In this document: one piece after another, positions 1 to 9,110 of the stretch
How the letters are laid out: every line of letters starts with the position of its first letter
How positions within the stretch are numbered: the stretch's first letter is position 1
Assembly: GCA_044868695.1 (NCBI GenBank)
Contig: JBIOWP010000107.1
Span: forward strand, 1-64,000
Source: a bacterium
GTDB lineage: Bacteria; Sysuimicrobiota; Sysuimicrobiia; Sysuimicrobiales; Kaftiobacteriaceae
DNA: 64,000 nt
Direction of reading: 5' to 3'
Notes under the pieces: model-generated
What the model was told of the DNA's origin: nothing
Databases searched by the model: none
Seen by the model: the letters and a program-made list of their open reading frames with translations, nothing else
Program-made: the position numbers and the translations under genes

Positions 1-214
1 ATGTCGCGGGAAAGAGTAGAGGCCGTCGTGTTCCGTCGCATATTGGCAGGCGAGCATGCCAGGGAGCGTGAGGCCTGCACATCCAATCCGAAGCCGCCCG
101 ACTCGACGCGAGGGACCGCCCCCGAGCCGCCAGCCGCCCGTCCATTCAGACGACCCACTACCTAGAATAGGGTAGTGGTATTTTAAACTGACCCTTACCC
201 GGTTCTCTTTCTCG

Positions 215-244
215 TTGACTTGTCCCCCTTCCATGTGGTACTGT
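215..244 (+). promoter_or_regulatory. sigma70-type promoter
   Basis: TTGACT (215-220), 18-nt spacer, extended -10 TG-G-TACTGT (236-244). Confidence 0.55.
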
Positions 245-399
245 CGTCTGCGTTCGTCGAAAGCAGGTGGTGCCCGATGGTCATGACAGGGGTTATTCGA
301 AGAGCGAGTTCCGGTCCACGGACGGACCGGCCCTGCACCCATGGGCGCCGCGCACGAAGACGAGGGCGCATGCGGTAGATCCCGCACAAGACGGCGTTT

Positions 400-440
400 G
401 GGGCGCAGGGTTCAACCGAACTCTGCGCCTCTTTACTTTG
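400..440 (+). terminator. Rho-independent terminator-like hairpin
   Basis: GGGGCGCAGGGTTC / AACC loop / GAACTCTGCGCCTC followed by TTTACTTTG. Confidence 0.55.
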
Positions 441-611
441 TGAACGACCTGTAGGTGGCGACCCACGCGCGTTGCCCGCGCAGCGGGCCGGCGGCGCACC
501 GAGGCCGAACCGCAAATAGTCGACCGGATGAGCCGCCCGCGGGTGTCTCCCGTGGGCAGGCGGTGAGGCCGGTAGATTAAGCTCGTTGCGATCTTAAATA
601 AGGAGCGAGCA

Positions 612-1601
612 ATGAGGACTGCACGGCAGGAACAGATGGAGATGGAGGTCGCGATCCGGCCGTTTGAGGAGCGCGATTATGACGCGGTGGTGGGCATCTC
701 CAATGCCATCTTCCCCGACCGGCTAACGACGGTCGAAGAGCAGCGGTATGAGGACGGGCTCCTGGACCGGACCCGCTACGTCTGGGAGCGGTACGTGGCC
801 GTCGATCGAGACACCGGTACGCCGGTCGGCTACGCGGGTCTCTGGCACACGCCCTGGAATTTCCATCCGCGCAAGTTTGCGATGACCATCCGGGTGCGCC
901 CAGATCTCTGGGAACGCGGGGTCGGGTCCCACCTGTGGGATCAACTCGCCCAGTCGCTGCACGCGCGCGGCGCGCTGTCCGTGCGGGCGGTGGTGAAGGA
1001 AGATCAACGCTCCTCCGTGCGGTTCGTCCAGGGGCGGGGGTTCGCCGAAGTGATGCGGACGTGGGAGTCGCATCTGAACGTTGGTTCGTGCGACCTCTCC
1101 CCCTTCGCCGGAGACGTCGAGCGCGCCCGGGCCGCCGGCGTGACCGTAGTGACGCTGGGGGAGGAGATGGCGAAAGACCCGGCGTGCCTGCCCCGGGTGC
1201 ATGCGCTGGACATGGAACTCGGGGCCGACGTGCCCTTCCCCGAGCCATTCACACCGGTGGAGTTTGAGACATGGCGGAAGCACGGCGTGGACGCCCCGTG
1301 GTTCATTCCCGACGCGTACTTCATTGCGGCCTGCGATGGGCGATACGTGGGAATCTCCACGCTCTGGCGACCCCAGGTGGGCTACTGGCTGCAGCAGGGC
1401 CTGACGGGTGTGGCGCGCGGCCACCGCGGGCGTGGGATCGCGCAGGCGCTCAAGGTCAGGACGGTCCAGTATGCCAAGGCGCACGGCTGCGCGCAGATCA
1501 GGACCGAGAATGAGATTCATAATGCGCGCATGATCGCCATCAACGACCGGTTCGGGTTCGTGCGCCAGCCGGCCTGGCTCACCTGCACGAAAACGTTCTA
1601 G
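612..1601 (+). CDS. tandem-domain GNAT family N-acetyltransferase
   Basis: AGGAG RBS; two acetyl-CoA motifs (VRPDLWERGVG; TGVARGHRGRGIA...NARMIAINDRFGF); start could be a few codons later. Confidence 0.85.
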   Translation: MRTARQEQMEMEVAIRPFEERDYDAVVGISNAIFPDRLTTVEEQRYEDGLLDRTRYVWERYVAVDRDTGTPVGYAGLWHTPWNFHPRKFAMTIRVRPDLWERGVGSHLWDQLAQSLHARGALSVRAVVKEDQRSSVRFVQGRGFAEVMRTWESHLNVGSCDLSPFAGDVERARAAGVTVVTLGEEMAKDPACLPRVHALDMELGADVPFPEPFTPVEFETWRKHGVDAPWFIPDAYFIAACDGRYVGISTLWRPQVGYWLQQGLTGVARGHRGRGIAQALKVRTVQYAKAHGCAQIRTENEIHNARMIAINDRFGFVRQPAWLTCTKTF

Positions 1602-1604
1602 GAG

Positions 1605-2591
1605 ATGCCGATGCGGACCGCCGCGAACGTCGAACTGCGTGGATTCCGCGACAGCGACTACGACGCGATCGCCCGGATCCACACGGCCGTGTACCCGGAT
1701 TCGCCGAGCACGGCTGAGGAGATGCGCCACTGGGTCAGCGAAGTGGCGCCGGAGGGCAACGTCAGCGAGTGGATGATCGCCGAGGACCGGCAGACCCATG
1801 AGGTCGCCGGGTATGCCTGGTACTTCCACACGGCCTGGTCGTTTCACCCGCACAAGTACCGGTTCCGGGGGTACGTGCACCCGGCGTGGGAGCATCGGGG
1901 CATCGGCCGGCTGCTCATGGACGCGGCGATGGCGGCGCTGCGCTCACGCGGGGCGCAGCGGGTGAAGGCCATCGCCCGTGAGGACCGGCCGCGGGGGATC
2001 GCCTTCCTGCAGCGGTATGGATTTGCCGAACAGGTGCGGGACTTCGAGTCGCGCCTGCCGGTGGCGGCCTGCGACCTGTCCCGGTTCGCCGCGGCGGCCG
2101 CCAAGCCGGCGACCTACGGCGTTGAGCTGGTGACCCTGGCCGAGGAGCTGGCCCGGGATCCGCACTGCCTGCCGGCGGTGTATCAGCTCCACTGCGCGCT
2201 CGACGTCAGCTCGCCGCAGGATGATCCCGAACCGCCGACCCCGCCGCCGTACAGCCGCTTCCTGGCGTTTGAGATCGAGCATCCCACGGTGCTCCCGGAC
2301 GCGTTCTTCCTGGCGAAGTACAAGGATTTCTACGTGGGCGAGAGCGCGATGAAACGCAGTGAGTCGGAGCCGGACGTGCTGCATCAGCAGCTCACCGGGG
2401 TGGTGCACGAGTACCGGGGCATGGGTGTGGCCACGGCGCTGAAGTTGAAGACGGTTGAGTACGCCCAGCGGCACGGCTTTCGAGAGATCCGGACGTCTAA
2501 CAGCAGCCGGAATGCGCCCATGCTGGCGGTCAACGAGAAGCTGGGCTTCGTCCGCCAGCCGGCCTGGATCAAGTTCTTGAAGACGTTCTAA
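1605..2591 (+). CDS. tandem-domain GNAT family N-acetyltransferase (paralog of 612-1601)
   Basis: VHPAWEHRGIG and TGVVHEYRGMGVA...NAPMLAVNEKLGF; same C-terminal GFVRQPAW..KTF. Confidence 0.85.
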   Translation: MPMRTAANVELRGFRDSDYDAIARIHTAVYPDSPSTAEEMRHWVSEVAPEGNVSEWMIAEDRQTHEVAGYAWYFHTAWSFHPHKYRFRGYVHPAWEHRGIGRLLMDAAMAALRSRGAQRVKAIAREDRPRGIAFLQRYGFAEQVRDFESRLPVAACDLSRFAAAAAKPATYGVELVTLAEELARDPHCLPAVYQLHCALDVSSPQDDPEPPTPPPYSRFLAFEIEHPTVLPDAFFLAKYKDFYVGESAMKRSESEPDVLHQQLTGVVHEYRGMGVATALKLKTVEYAQRHGFREIRTSNSSRNAPMLAVNEKLGFVRQPAWIKFLKTF

Positions 2592-2634
2592 CCTCGGCAA
2601 GGGTTGCCCTGGGTGGCAACGAAAGGGGAACGAG

Positions 2635-3747
2635 ATGCCGGAGCTGATGGTGCTGGAGCTGCCCGACGAGCCGGATGCCGCAGGCTACGAGCACGGCGCG
2701 CGGGCATCCGACCTCATCGCGTCCAACCTAGCGCTGTACTACGACCGGTTCCAGCGCGAGGCGCGCCTCGGCATGGACGAGGTCCGCGCCCGGGCGGGCC
2801 GCTACCTGCGGCTCATCGAGACCGTGGAGCCGGCGTACGCGGCGGCGATGCGCGGGGTCGCCGAAGGCAGCCGCGCGAGCCTGCTGGACATCGCCGTCCT
2901 CAACGCCCGCTATGAGCTGATCTACAGCCAGTATTCGTCCATCAACCAGGAGAAGGCCCCGCATGTGAGCGCGGGCGGCTGCACCGCATTCGCCGTGACG
3001 CCCGAGGCGTCGGCCGACGGGCACCTGTGGCTCGGTCAGAACTGGGACTGGTTCCCGCAGGCGCGCGGGCTCGTGCTGCGCACGCGGCGCGACGGCCTGT
3101 CGGTGGCCGCGTTCACGGAGGCCGGCATTGTGGGCGGCAAGATCGGGATGAACTCCGCCGGGGTGGGGCTGGTCATCAACGGTCTGCTGTCCAACCGCGA
3201 CGACTGGTCCCGGCTGCGCACGCCGTTTCACGTGCGGACGTGGAAGGTGCTGCGCTCGCACAGGCTCGCGGATGCGGTGGAGATCATCACCGGCGAGGAA
3301 CGGGCCTGCTCGGCGAACTTCCTGCTCGGTCAGGCCAACGGAAGCGCCGAGGTCGTGGACATCGAGGCGGCGCCGCACGCCACCTGCGCGCTGGCGCCGT
3401 CGGACGGTGTCCTGGCCCACGCCAACCACTTCGTCGATCCCGACGCGCTCGACCTCTGGCAGCCGCTGGCCGAGGAGAAGTCGACGACGTACCACCGCGC
3501 CGCCCGTATGCGCGCGCTGCTGGATGAGGGCCGCCGGGCCGGGACGCTGCACGCCTCCGGCTTGATGGCCATCCTGCGCGACCACGCCGGGCACCCCGAT
3601 TCCGTGTGCCGGCATCCCAATCCGGCACTGCCGGAAGAAGAGAGAGTCGAAACGGTCGTCTCGGTCCTGGAGGACCTCACCGCGCGCCGGATGTATGTCG
3701 CAGGCGGGACTCCCTGCCGGGCGGCATTTCAAGAGCTGCAGCTGTAG
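2635..3747 (+). CDS. peptidase C45 / acyl-CoA:6-APA acyltransferase-like Ntn hydrolase
   Basis: LNARYEL, GGCTAF (autoproteolytic Cys), GQNWDW, GMNSAG, HANHF motifs. Confidence 0.85.
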   Translation: MPELMVLELPDEPDAAGYEHGARASDLIASNLALYYDRFQREARLGMDEVRARAGRYLRLIETVEPAYAAAMRGVAEGSRASLLDIAVLNARYELIYSQYSSINQEKAPHVSAGGCTAFAVTPEASADGHLWLGQNWDWFPQARGLVLRTRRDGLSVAAFTEAGIVGGKIGMNSAGVGLVINGLLSNRDDWSRLRTPFHVRTWKVLRSHRLADAVEIITGEERACSANFLLGQANGSAEVVDIEAAPHATCALAPSDGVLAHANHFVDPDALDLWQPLAEEKSTTYHRAARMRALLDEGRRAGTLHASGLMAILRDHAGHPDSVCRHPNPALPEEERVETVVSVLEDLTARRMYVAGGTPCRAAFQELQL

Positions 3748-3770
3748 GATGCGCCCTCGCTGCGGGTAGC

Positions 3771-4526
3771 ATGGAACCGGGGCTCGCTCCGAACGCGGCG
3801 TTCGCGCTGGTGCTGGTCGTCGTCGCCTTCGCCTCAGCGGTCAAAGGCGCGCTGGGCTTCGGCTTTCCCCTCATCGCCGTGCCGCTGTCCGCGAATCTCA
3901 TCGGCGCACGCACCGCGGTCGTGTTGATCGCGGTGCCCGTGGTCTTCAGCAACCTGCTCATCCTGCTCCGCGGCGGGGGCACATCAGCCGAGCTGCGGCG
4001 CTTTGCCGGCATGCTGGTCGGGGTGGTCATCGGGACGGTGATCGGCGCGCAGCTGCTGCACCGGCTGGATCCGCGGGCGCTGTCCCTGATCGTGGGCGTG
4101 ACCGCGCTCCTGGTGGCGGCGCTGGGCCTGCTCAACAGGACGCCGGCGTTTTCGCCGGGCGCGGAGCAGTTCGCGGCGCCGGCGGTGGGTCTGGGCGCCG
4201 GGCTGATGGGCGGGACGACCGGCGTGTTCGCGCCGTTGATCGCAGCCTACGTGCAGGCCCTGCAGGTGGAGAAACGCGCGTTCGTGTTCTGGCTGACGGC
4301 GTCGTTTTTCATCGGAGCCGCGGTGCAGGTCCTGAGCTATCTGCAGCTGGGTTTGTATACCCGGCCGGTCCTCGTCTACGCGGTGGCGACGTTCGTGCCG
4401 GCGGCGCTCGGCACGCAGCTTGGGTTTTGGATCCAGGACCGCCTCCCGCCTGAGCGCTTCCGACGCCTGGTCCTCGCGCTGGTGTTCCTCAGCGGGCTCA
4501 ATCTGATCGCCCGGCAGCTGCTCTAG
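3771..4526 (+). CDS. TauE/SafE family sulfite-exporter-like membrane protein
   Basis: multi-TM protein, VKGALGFGFPLIAVP and internal repeat GLMGGTTG; ATG 3771 chosen as start. Confidence 0.75.
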   Translation: MEPGLAPNAAFALVLVVVAFASAVKGALGFGFPLIAVPLSANLIGARTAVVLIAVPVVFSNLLILLRGGGTSAELRRFAGMLVGVVIGTVIGAQLLHRLDPRALSLIVGVTALLVAALGLLNRTPAFSPGAEQFAAPAVGLGAGLMGGTTGVFAPLIAAYVQALQVEKRAFVFWLTASFFIGAAVQVLSYLQLGLYTRPVLVYAVATFVPAALGTQLGFWIQDRLPPERFRRLVLALVFLSGLNLIARQLL

Positions 4527-5352
4527 GCGCGATACTCCCCACACCCGTGCGCGCCGCGAGCGCGCGCAGTTCACTTTGCCGGGGCGGCGCCACGGCCAGC
4601 TTTGGTCTCCGCTGAAAAGGGACCACGGAAGGCGTGGCCAGCTGTTTGTTCAGGAGGATGCGGTCTCGCATCGGCTCGAGCCGGGGCCGCGCGCCCGGAA
4701 CGCTCACCCGGGACAGGTGGGTCAGCAGCGTCTCTACCGATTGGAATTCCCTCAGGAGCGCCGCCGCGGTCTTGGGTCCGATGCCGCGCACGCCGGGAAT
4801 GTCGTCGGACGGATCGCCCATGAGCGCCTTCAGATCCGGGATCTGCGACGGGGCGATCCCGTACAGAGTGTGGACGTCCGCCGGACCGACCTCCCGCATC
4901 TCGCTGACCCCGCGCACCGGCGCCAGGACCCGTACACGCGGGGAGACCAGTTGGTAGAAGTCCCGGTCACTGCTTACGATGCGGACGGACATGCGCCGGT
5001 TCTGCCGGAGCAGCGTGGCGAGGACGTCGTCGGCTTCATAGCCCGGTTCCAGGAACACCGGCACGCCCAGCGCACGGACGAACTGCATCGCATACGGCAT
5101 CTGTGCCTTGATCTCGTCCGGATGTTCGTAGTGGTTGATCTTGTAGTCGGGATCCAGGCGATGCTTGACGAGCGGCGGGTCGGCGGTGAACGCGACCGCC
5201 GCGTGCGAGGGGCGGGCCGACCGCAGCAGGCTCCACATCATTGACGCAAACCCGTGGAGGCCGTTCGTGGGGAGCCCGTCCGCATTGGTGAAATAGGGGA
5301 TGGCGTTGGCCGCGCGGTAGAGCAGGCCGTCCCCGTCGACAAGGTAGAGCAC
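4498..5352 (-). CDS. stand-alone 5'-3' exonuclease / flap endonuclease (PolA N-terminal-like)
   Basis: LYLVDGDGLLYRA, PTNG, YEADDVLATL, SSDRDFYQL, LMGDPSDDIPGVRGIGPKTA (H3TH); GTG 5352 just after upstream stop. Confidence 0.9.
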   Translation of the reverse strand: MLYLVDGDGLLYRAANAIPYFTNADGLPTNGLHGFASMMWSLLRSARPSHAAVAFTADPPLVKHRLDPDYKINHYEHPDEIKAQMPYAMQFVRALGVPVFLEPGYEADDVLATLLRQNRRMSVRIVSSDRDFYQLVSPRVRVLAPVRGVSEMREVGPADVHTLYGIAPSQIPDLKALMGDPSDDIPGVRGIGPKTAAALLREFQSVETLLTHLSRVSVPGARPRLEPMRDRILLNKQLATPSVVPFQRRPKLAVAPPRQSELRALAARTGVGSIAPRAAAGRSD

Positions 5353-5354
5353 GG

Positions 5355-6335
5355 TTACAACGCGACCGGTCGCCCCGACCGCGCCGACACGCGCAGCGCG
5401 TCCAGCGCCCGCATGTTCGCGACGGCCTCCTGTGGGGGAAACCGCGGGGACGCGCCGTCGAGAATGCACGTCCCCATGTGATCGATCATCAGCATGTACT
5501 GGTTCGTCCCGGGAATCTCCACGCGCTCCTCGCGATCGCCGCGCCGGAGCAGCATCACCGCCGGATCCTCTTCCGGCTGGAACGGCCGGGGCAGGGTGAT
5601 GGCGCCCTCGGCGCCGACCACTTCGCAGAACTGGCGGTATGGCGCCCGCACGCCGCAGTCGATCAACGCGGTGCCGGCCGGTGTGGTGAGCATCGCCGCC
5701 AGCCGGACGTCCACGTCCCGCTCGTACGTCCCCGACGCCCACACCGTGCGCGGTTCGCCCAGCAGGAGGCGGCTGATGTTCACGCAGTAACATCCGACGT
5801 CGAGCAGCCCGCCGCCGCCCAGCGCGGCGTTGAGGCGGATGTCGTCGTCACTGCGGACGGTGAACGTGAACGCCGATCGGACCAGCGCGGGCGCGCCGAC
5901 GGCGCCGGCGCGCACCAGCGCCCGCAGCTCGTCGATCTGTGGGTGGAAGCGGTACATGAACGCTTCCTGCAGCAGGATGCCCGCGCGGGCGCAAGTGTCC
6001 ACCATCTGCTGCGCCTGGGCCGCATCCGGCGCGAGCGGTTTCTCGCACAGCACGTGCTTACCGGCCTGGGCCGCGCGTGCCGTCCACTCCGGATGCAGGC
6101 TGTTGGGCAGCGGGTTGTAGACGGCATCGATCTCCGGGTCGGCCAGAAGCGCCTCGTAGGAGTCATACACCCGCGGGATACTGAACTGCGCGGCGACCTC
6201 GCGGGCCCGTGCCGCGTCACGGCTGGCAATGGCGGCGGCTGTCCCGGTGCGGCTGCGCAGGAGCGCGGGGATGACCCGCCGGACGCCGATGCGGGCGGCG
6301 CCCAGCATGCCCCACCGCAGCCGGCGGCCGGTCAT
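5355..6335 (-). CDS. Gfo/Idh/MocA family oxidoreductase
   Basis: LRWGMLGAARIG, AGKHVLCEKPLA, GGGGLLDVGCY; ATG 6335 overlaps exoD-like stop. Confidence 0.9.
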   Translation of the reverse strand: MTGRRLRWGMLGAARIGVRRVIPALLRSRTGTAAAIASRDAARAREVAAQFSIPRVYDSYEALLADPEIDAVYNPLPNSLHPEWTARAAQAGKHVLCEKPLAPDAAQAQQMVDTCARAGILLQEAFMYRFHPQIDELRALVRAGAVGAPALVRSAFTFTVRSDDDIRLNAALGGGGLLDVGCYCVNISRLLLGEPRTVWASGTYERDVDVRLAAMLTTPAGTALIDCGVRAPYRQFCEVVGAEGAITLPRPFQPEEDPAVMLLRRGDREERVEIPGTNQYMLMIDHMGTCILDGASPRFPPQEAVANMRALDALRVSARSGRPVAL

Positions 6336-6949
6336 GGCACCCGGCGGTTCAACCACTCGAGCAGACTCCGCACGAGGGCCGAGACCGCCGCACTTGCCAC
6401 GGCCAGAATGCCGGCGGTCAGCGCGAGCCCGCCCCCCAGGAAAATGGGATCGCGGTTGAGCAGGCCGATCCCCAGGATCAGCACGGTCAGCGCCGGAGGT
6501 GTGTTCAGAAACGGCAGCGGGCTGAGCAAGACGATCCCCAGCAACAGCATGGCGATCGCGACGACCCGCGTGAGGACGGCGTCCGGGATCCACAGCCGCC
6601 GCGGCTGCGTGAACTGTTCAATGCGCCGGAGAAACGGGATCCCCCGCTTCTGCAGCGCCTGCACCGCGCGTGCGCTTATCTGGTAGCGCCTGACCCGCGC
6701 CGGCAGCCACGGCCGCTGCAGACCGATCAACATCTGCGCCGCCAGGACAATGTACACCAGGCCGACGAAGGCTGCGGATCCGGGAGGCAGCACCGGGATC
6801 ATCGTGGGAAGCGCGAGGATGATCATGATGAGGCCGAAGCCGCGCTGTGCCACCCGGTCGGCCAGCTCGCCGACGGTAACGACGCGATCGCTCAGCGTTT
6901 CAGCGATGATCGTGGACAGTACCTCGCGCTCGGACGGGGTGGTCGCCAT
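6332..6949 (-). CDS. ExoD family membrane protein
   Basis: VTVGEL..RGFGLIMIILALP..IPVLPPG, QMLIG..RPWLP, PLPFLNTPPA. Confidence 0.8.
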   Translation of the reverse strand: MATTPSEREVLSTIIAETLSDRVVTVGELADRVAQRGFGLIMIILALPTMIPVLPPGSAAFVGLVYIVLAAQMLIGLQRPWLPARVRRYQISARAVQALQKRGIPFLRRIEQFTQPRRLWIPDAVLTRVVAIAMLLLGIVLLSPLPFLNTPPALTVLILGIGLLNRDPIFLGGGLALTAGILAVASAAVSALVRSLLEWLNRRVP

Positions 6950-7080
6950 GGCCTGTCGGGTCGCGCAGGTCGCGCACCGGCCACCGGAAAGGTTCACCGC
7001 CGTGCCAACGGCCCCTGTTCACCCCATGCGACAAGGAGAGTGCGCCGCGTGCGCGGAAATGGTTGCGCGTGACGACGCCC

Positions 7081-7506
7081 ATGCCCTTCACCCCCTATGA
7101 CCGCAAGTATCTCGCCGGCATCGTCCACCAGGTCTGGCGGGCGTGCCAGGTGTACGTCACGATGACGATGGAGCGCGGCCCCCGCGACGCGCGGCCCGCG
7201 CTGGATGAGCTCGCCAAGTGGGCGGCCGGCCAGCGCCGCGACCTGGGCCCGCGCACCGCCGCTCCGCGCAGCCTGAGTCTGCCTGCGCTGCGGGCGGGCC
7301 GGGAGCTGCTCGATGACGTGGAGACGATCAGCCGGCGCGTGATGGACATGGTGGCGGTGCTGGAACGGTCGTCGCTCCCGCCCGACCAGATCGAAGAGCA
7401 GACGCTGGGGATCATCGAGGGCGTCCTGCGGTGGACCAGCCTCATGGCGACCCAGCTGGGCATCACCCGGAACCTGCGCCCCCACATGCTCTGGTTTGAA
7501 CGCTGA
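7081..7506 (+). CDS. hypothetical helical protein
   Basis: GC3-biased ORF between divergent exoD-like gene and SDR; no family recognised; start uncertain (7063/7081). Confidence 0.6.
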   Translation: MPFTPYDRKYLAGIVHQVWRACQVYVTMTMERGPRDARPALDELAKWAAGQRRDLGPRTAAPRSLSLPALRAGRELLDDVETISRRVMDMVAVLERSSLPPDQIEEQTLGIIEGVLRWTSLMATQLGITRNLRPHMLWFER

Positions 7507-7547
7507 CACGAAGCACGCGTCAGTGATCACACGGTTTTCAACCTGAG

Positions 7548-8258
7548 ATGCTGCTTTCCGACACCGTCGCCATGATCACCGGCGCCGCCGGCGGCCTGGG
7601 CCGTGAGACCGTCCGGGTCTTCCTCGAGGAGGGCGCGTCCGTCGTCGGCACCGATGTCGCTGAGATGTCGATGGACGCGATGGGACTTGCCGCGGACGCG
7701 CGCGCGCGGTGCATGCTGGTGCGCTATGACGTGACGACCGAGCGCGGGGCGGCCGATCAGATGGCGGCGGCGCTGCGGCAGTTCGGGCGTGTCGACGCGC
7801 TGGTGAACATCGTCGGCGGATGGAAAGGCGGTGTTCCGCTGCACGAGACTCCCCTCGCGGAGTGGGAGGCGATGTTGTCCCTCAATCTGACGTCCGCCTT
7901 CCTGTGCTGCCGCGCGGCGCTGCCGCACATGCTGGAGCGCCAGTCGGGCCGCATCGTCAACATCTCATCGCGCACGGCCGTCCTGCCGGTGGGGCGCCAG
8001 GCGGCGTACAACGCGGCGAAGGCCGGCATCATCGCCCTGACGCAGACGCTCGCCGACGAGGTCAAGCACCAGGGGATCACCGTGAACTGTGTGTTGCCCA
8101 GCATCTTGGACACCGAGGCCAACCGGCGCGCGTTTCCCAAGGGCGACCCGGCGAAATGGGTGAAGCCGGCCGATCTGGCCCGGTTGCTGGCGTTTCTTGC
8201 GTCAGACGCCGCGTCGCAGGTGACCGGCGCCGCCATTCCCGTGTACGGCCGCTCCTAG
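7548..8258 (+). CDS. short-chain dehydrogenase/reductase
   Basis: ITGAAGGLG, IVNISS, YNAAK catalytic YxxxK. Confidence 0.9.
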   Translation: MLLSDTVAMITGAAGGLGRETVRVFLEEGASVVGTDVAEMSMDAMGLAADARARCMLVRYDVTTERGAADQMAAALRQFGRVDALVNIVGGWKGGVPLHETPLAEWEAMLSLNLTSAFLCCRAALPHMLERQSGRIVNISSRTAVLPVGRQAAYNAAKAGIIALTQTLADEVKHQGITVNCVLPSILDTEANRRAFPKGDPAKWVKPADLARLLAFLASDAASQVTGAAIPVYGRS

Positions 8259-8298
8259 CCCGCCCGCGGGCGCGCAGGAGAAAAACGGAGGTGCCCAG

Positions 8299-9108
8299 AT
8301 GCCTGGAAACGGCCCCGTGGTCGCGGCCGAGAAGGTCTTCCGAGTGTTCGTGACACGCGGGTCAGGCGGGCAGCGGGCCTTCCTCGCGCTGCGCGACGTT
8401 TCGCTGACCATCGAGCCGGGGCGTTTCATCAGTCTGGTGGGCCCGTCCGGCTGCGGCAAATCCACACTCCTGAACATGATCGCCGGGCTGGTGCGGCCGA
8501 CCGAAGGCGTGCTGCGCTACAAGGGCCGGGTGGTGGACGGTATCAACACCGACGTCGGCTACATCACCCAGGATGACAACCTGCTGCCCTGGCGGACGCT
8601 AGTGGAAAACGTCGAACTCGCGCTGGAGTTCCGCGGCGCGCCGTCCGCCCGCCGGCGCGAACTGTCCGCCCGGTTCATCGAGATGGTGGGTCTGGGCGGC
8701 TTCGAGCATCACTACCCGCACGAACTGTCCGGCGGCATGCGCAAGCGCGCGGCGCTCATCCGCACGCTGATCTACGATCCCGACGTCATCCTGATGGACG
8801 AACCCTTCGGCCCGCTCGACGCGCAGACGCGCGTCATCCTGCAGGACGAACTGCTCAAACTGTGGGGCGGCACGGGCAAGACCGTGGTGTTTGTCACGCA
8901 CGATCTGGTCGAAGCGATCGCGCTGTCTGACGAGATCGCGCTGTTCAGCCGCGCGCCGGGCACGATCAAGCGCGTCTACCGCGTGCCGCTGCCGCGGCCG
9001 CGCGACGTCTTCCGCATTCACGCGGATCCCAGCTTTCCAGAGTTCTACGACCGCCTGTGGCGGGACTTAAAAGAAGAGATCACCGACGTGGCACTGGAGG
9101 TGAGCTAG
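8299..9108 (+). CDS. ABC transporter ATP-binding protein (NitT/TauT type)
   Basis: GPSGCGKST, LSGGMRKR, LMDEPF, VTHD. Confidence 0.92.
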   Translation: MPGNGPVVAAEKVFRVFVTRGSGGQRAFLALRDVSLTIEPGRFISLVGPSGCGKSTLLNMIAGLVRPTEGVLRYKGRVVDGINTDVGYITQDDNLLPWRTLVENVELALEFRGAPSARRRELSARFIEMVGLGGFEHHYPHELSGGMRKRAALIRTLIYDPDVILMDEPFGPLDAQTRVILQDELLKLWGGTGKTVVFVTHDLVEAIALSDEIALFSRAPGTIKRVYRVPLPRPRDVFRIHADPSFPEFYDRLWRDLKEEITDVALEVS

Positions 9109-9110
9109 CC

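Noticed and set aside
1..150. Possible gene start on the minus strand at the left edge
   Set aside because: Too short to assess; no recognisable motif.
250..440. SAM-I, glmS, T-box or SRP RNA
   Set aside because: Only fragmentary resemblance; core consensus motifs not found.
451..565. GTAG-type REP-like stretch and hairpin upstream of the first GNAT
   Set aside because: Degenerate and single-copy in this window.
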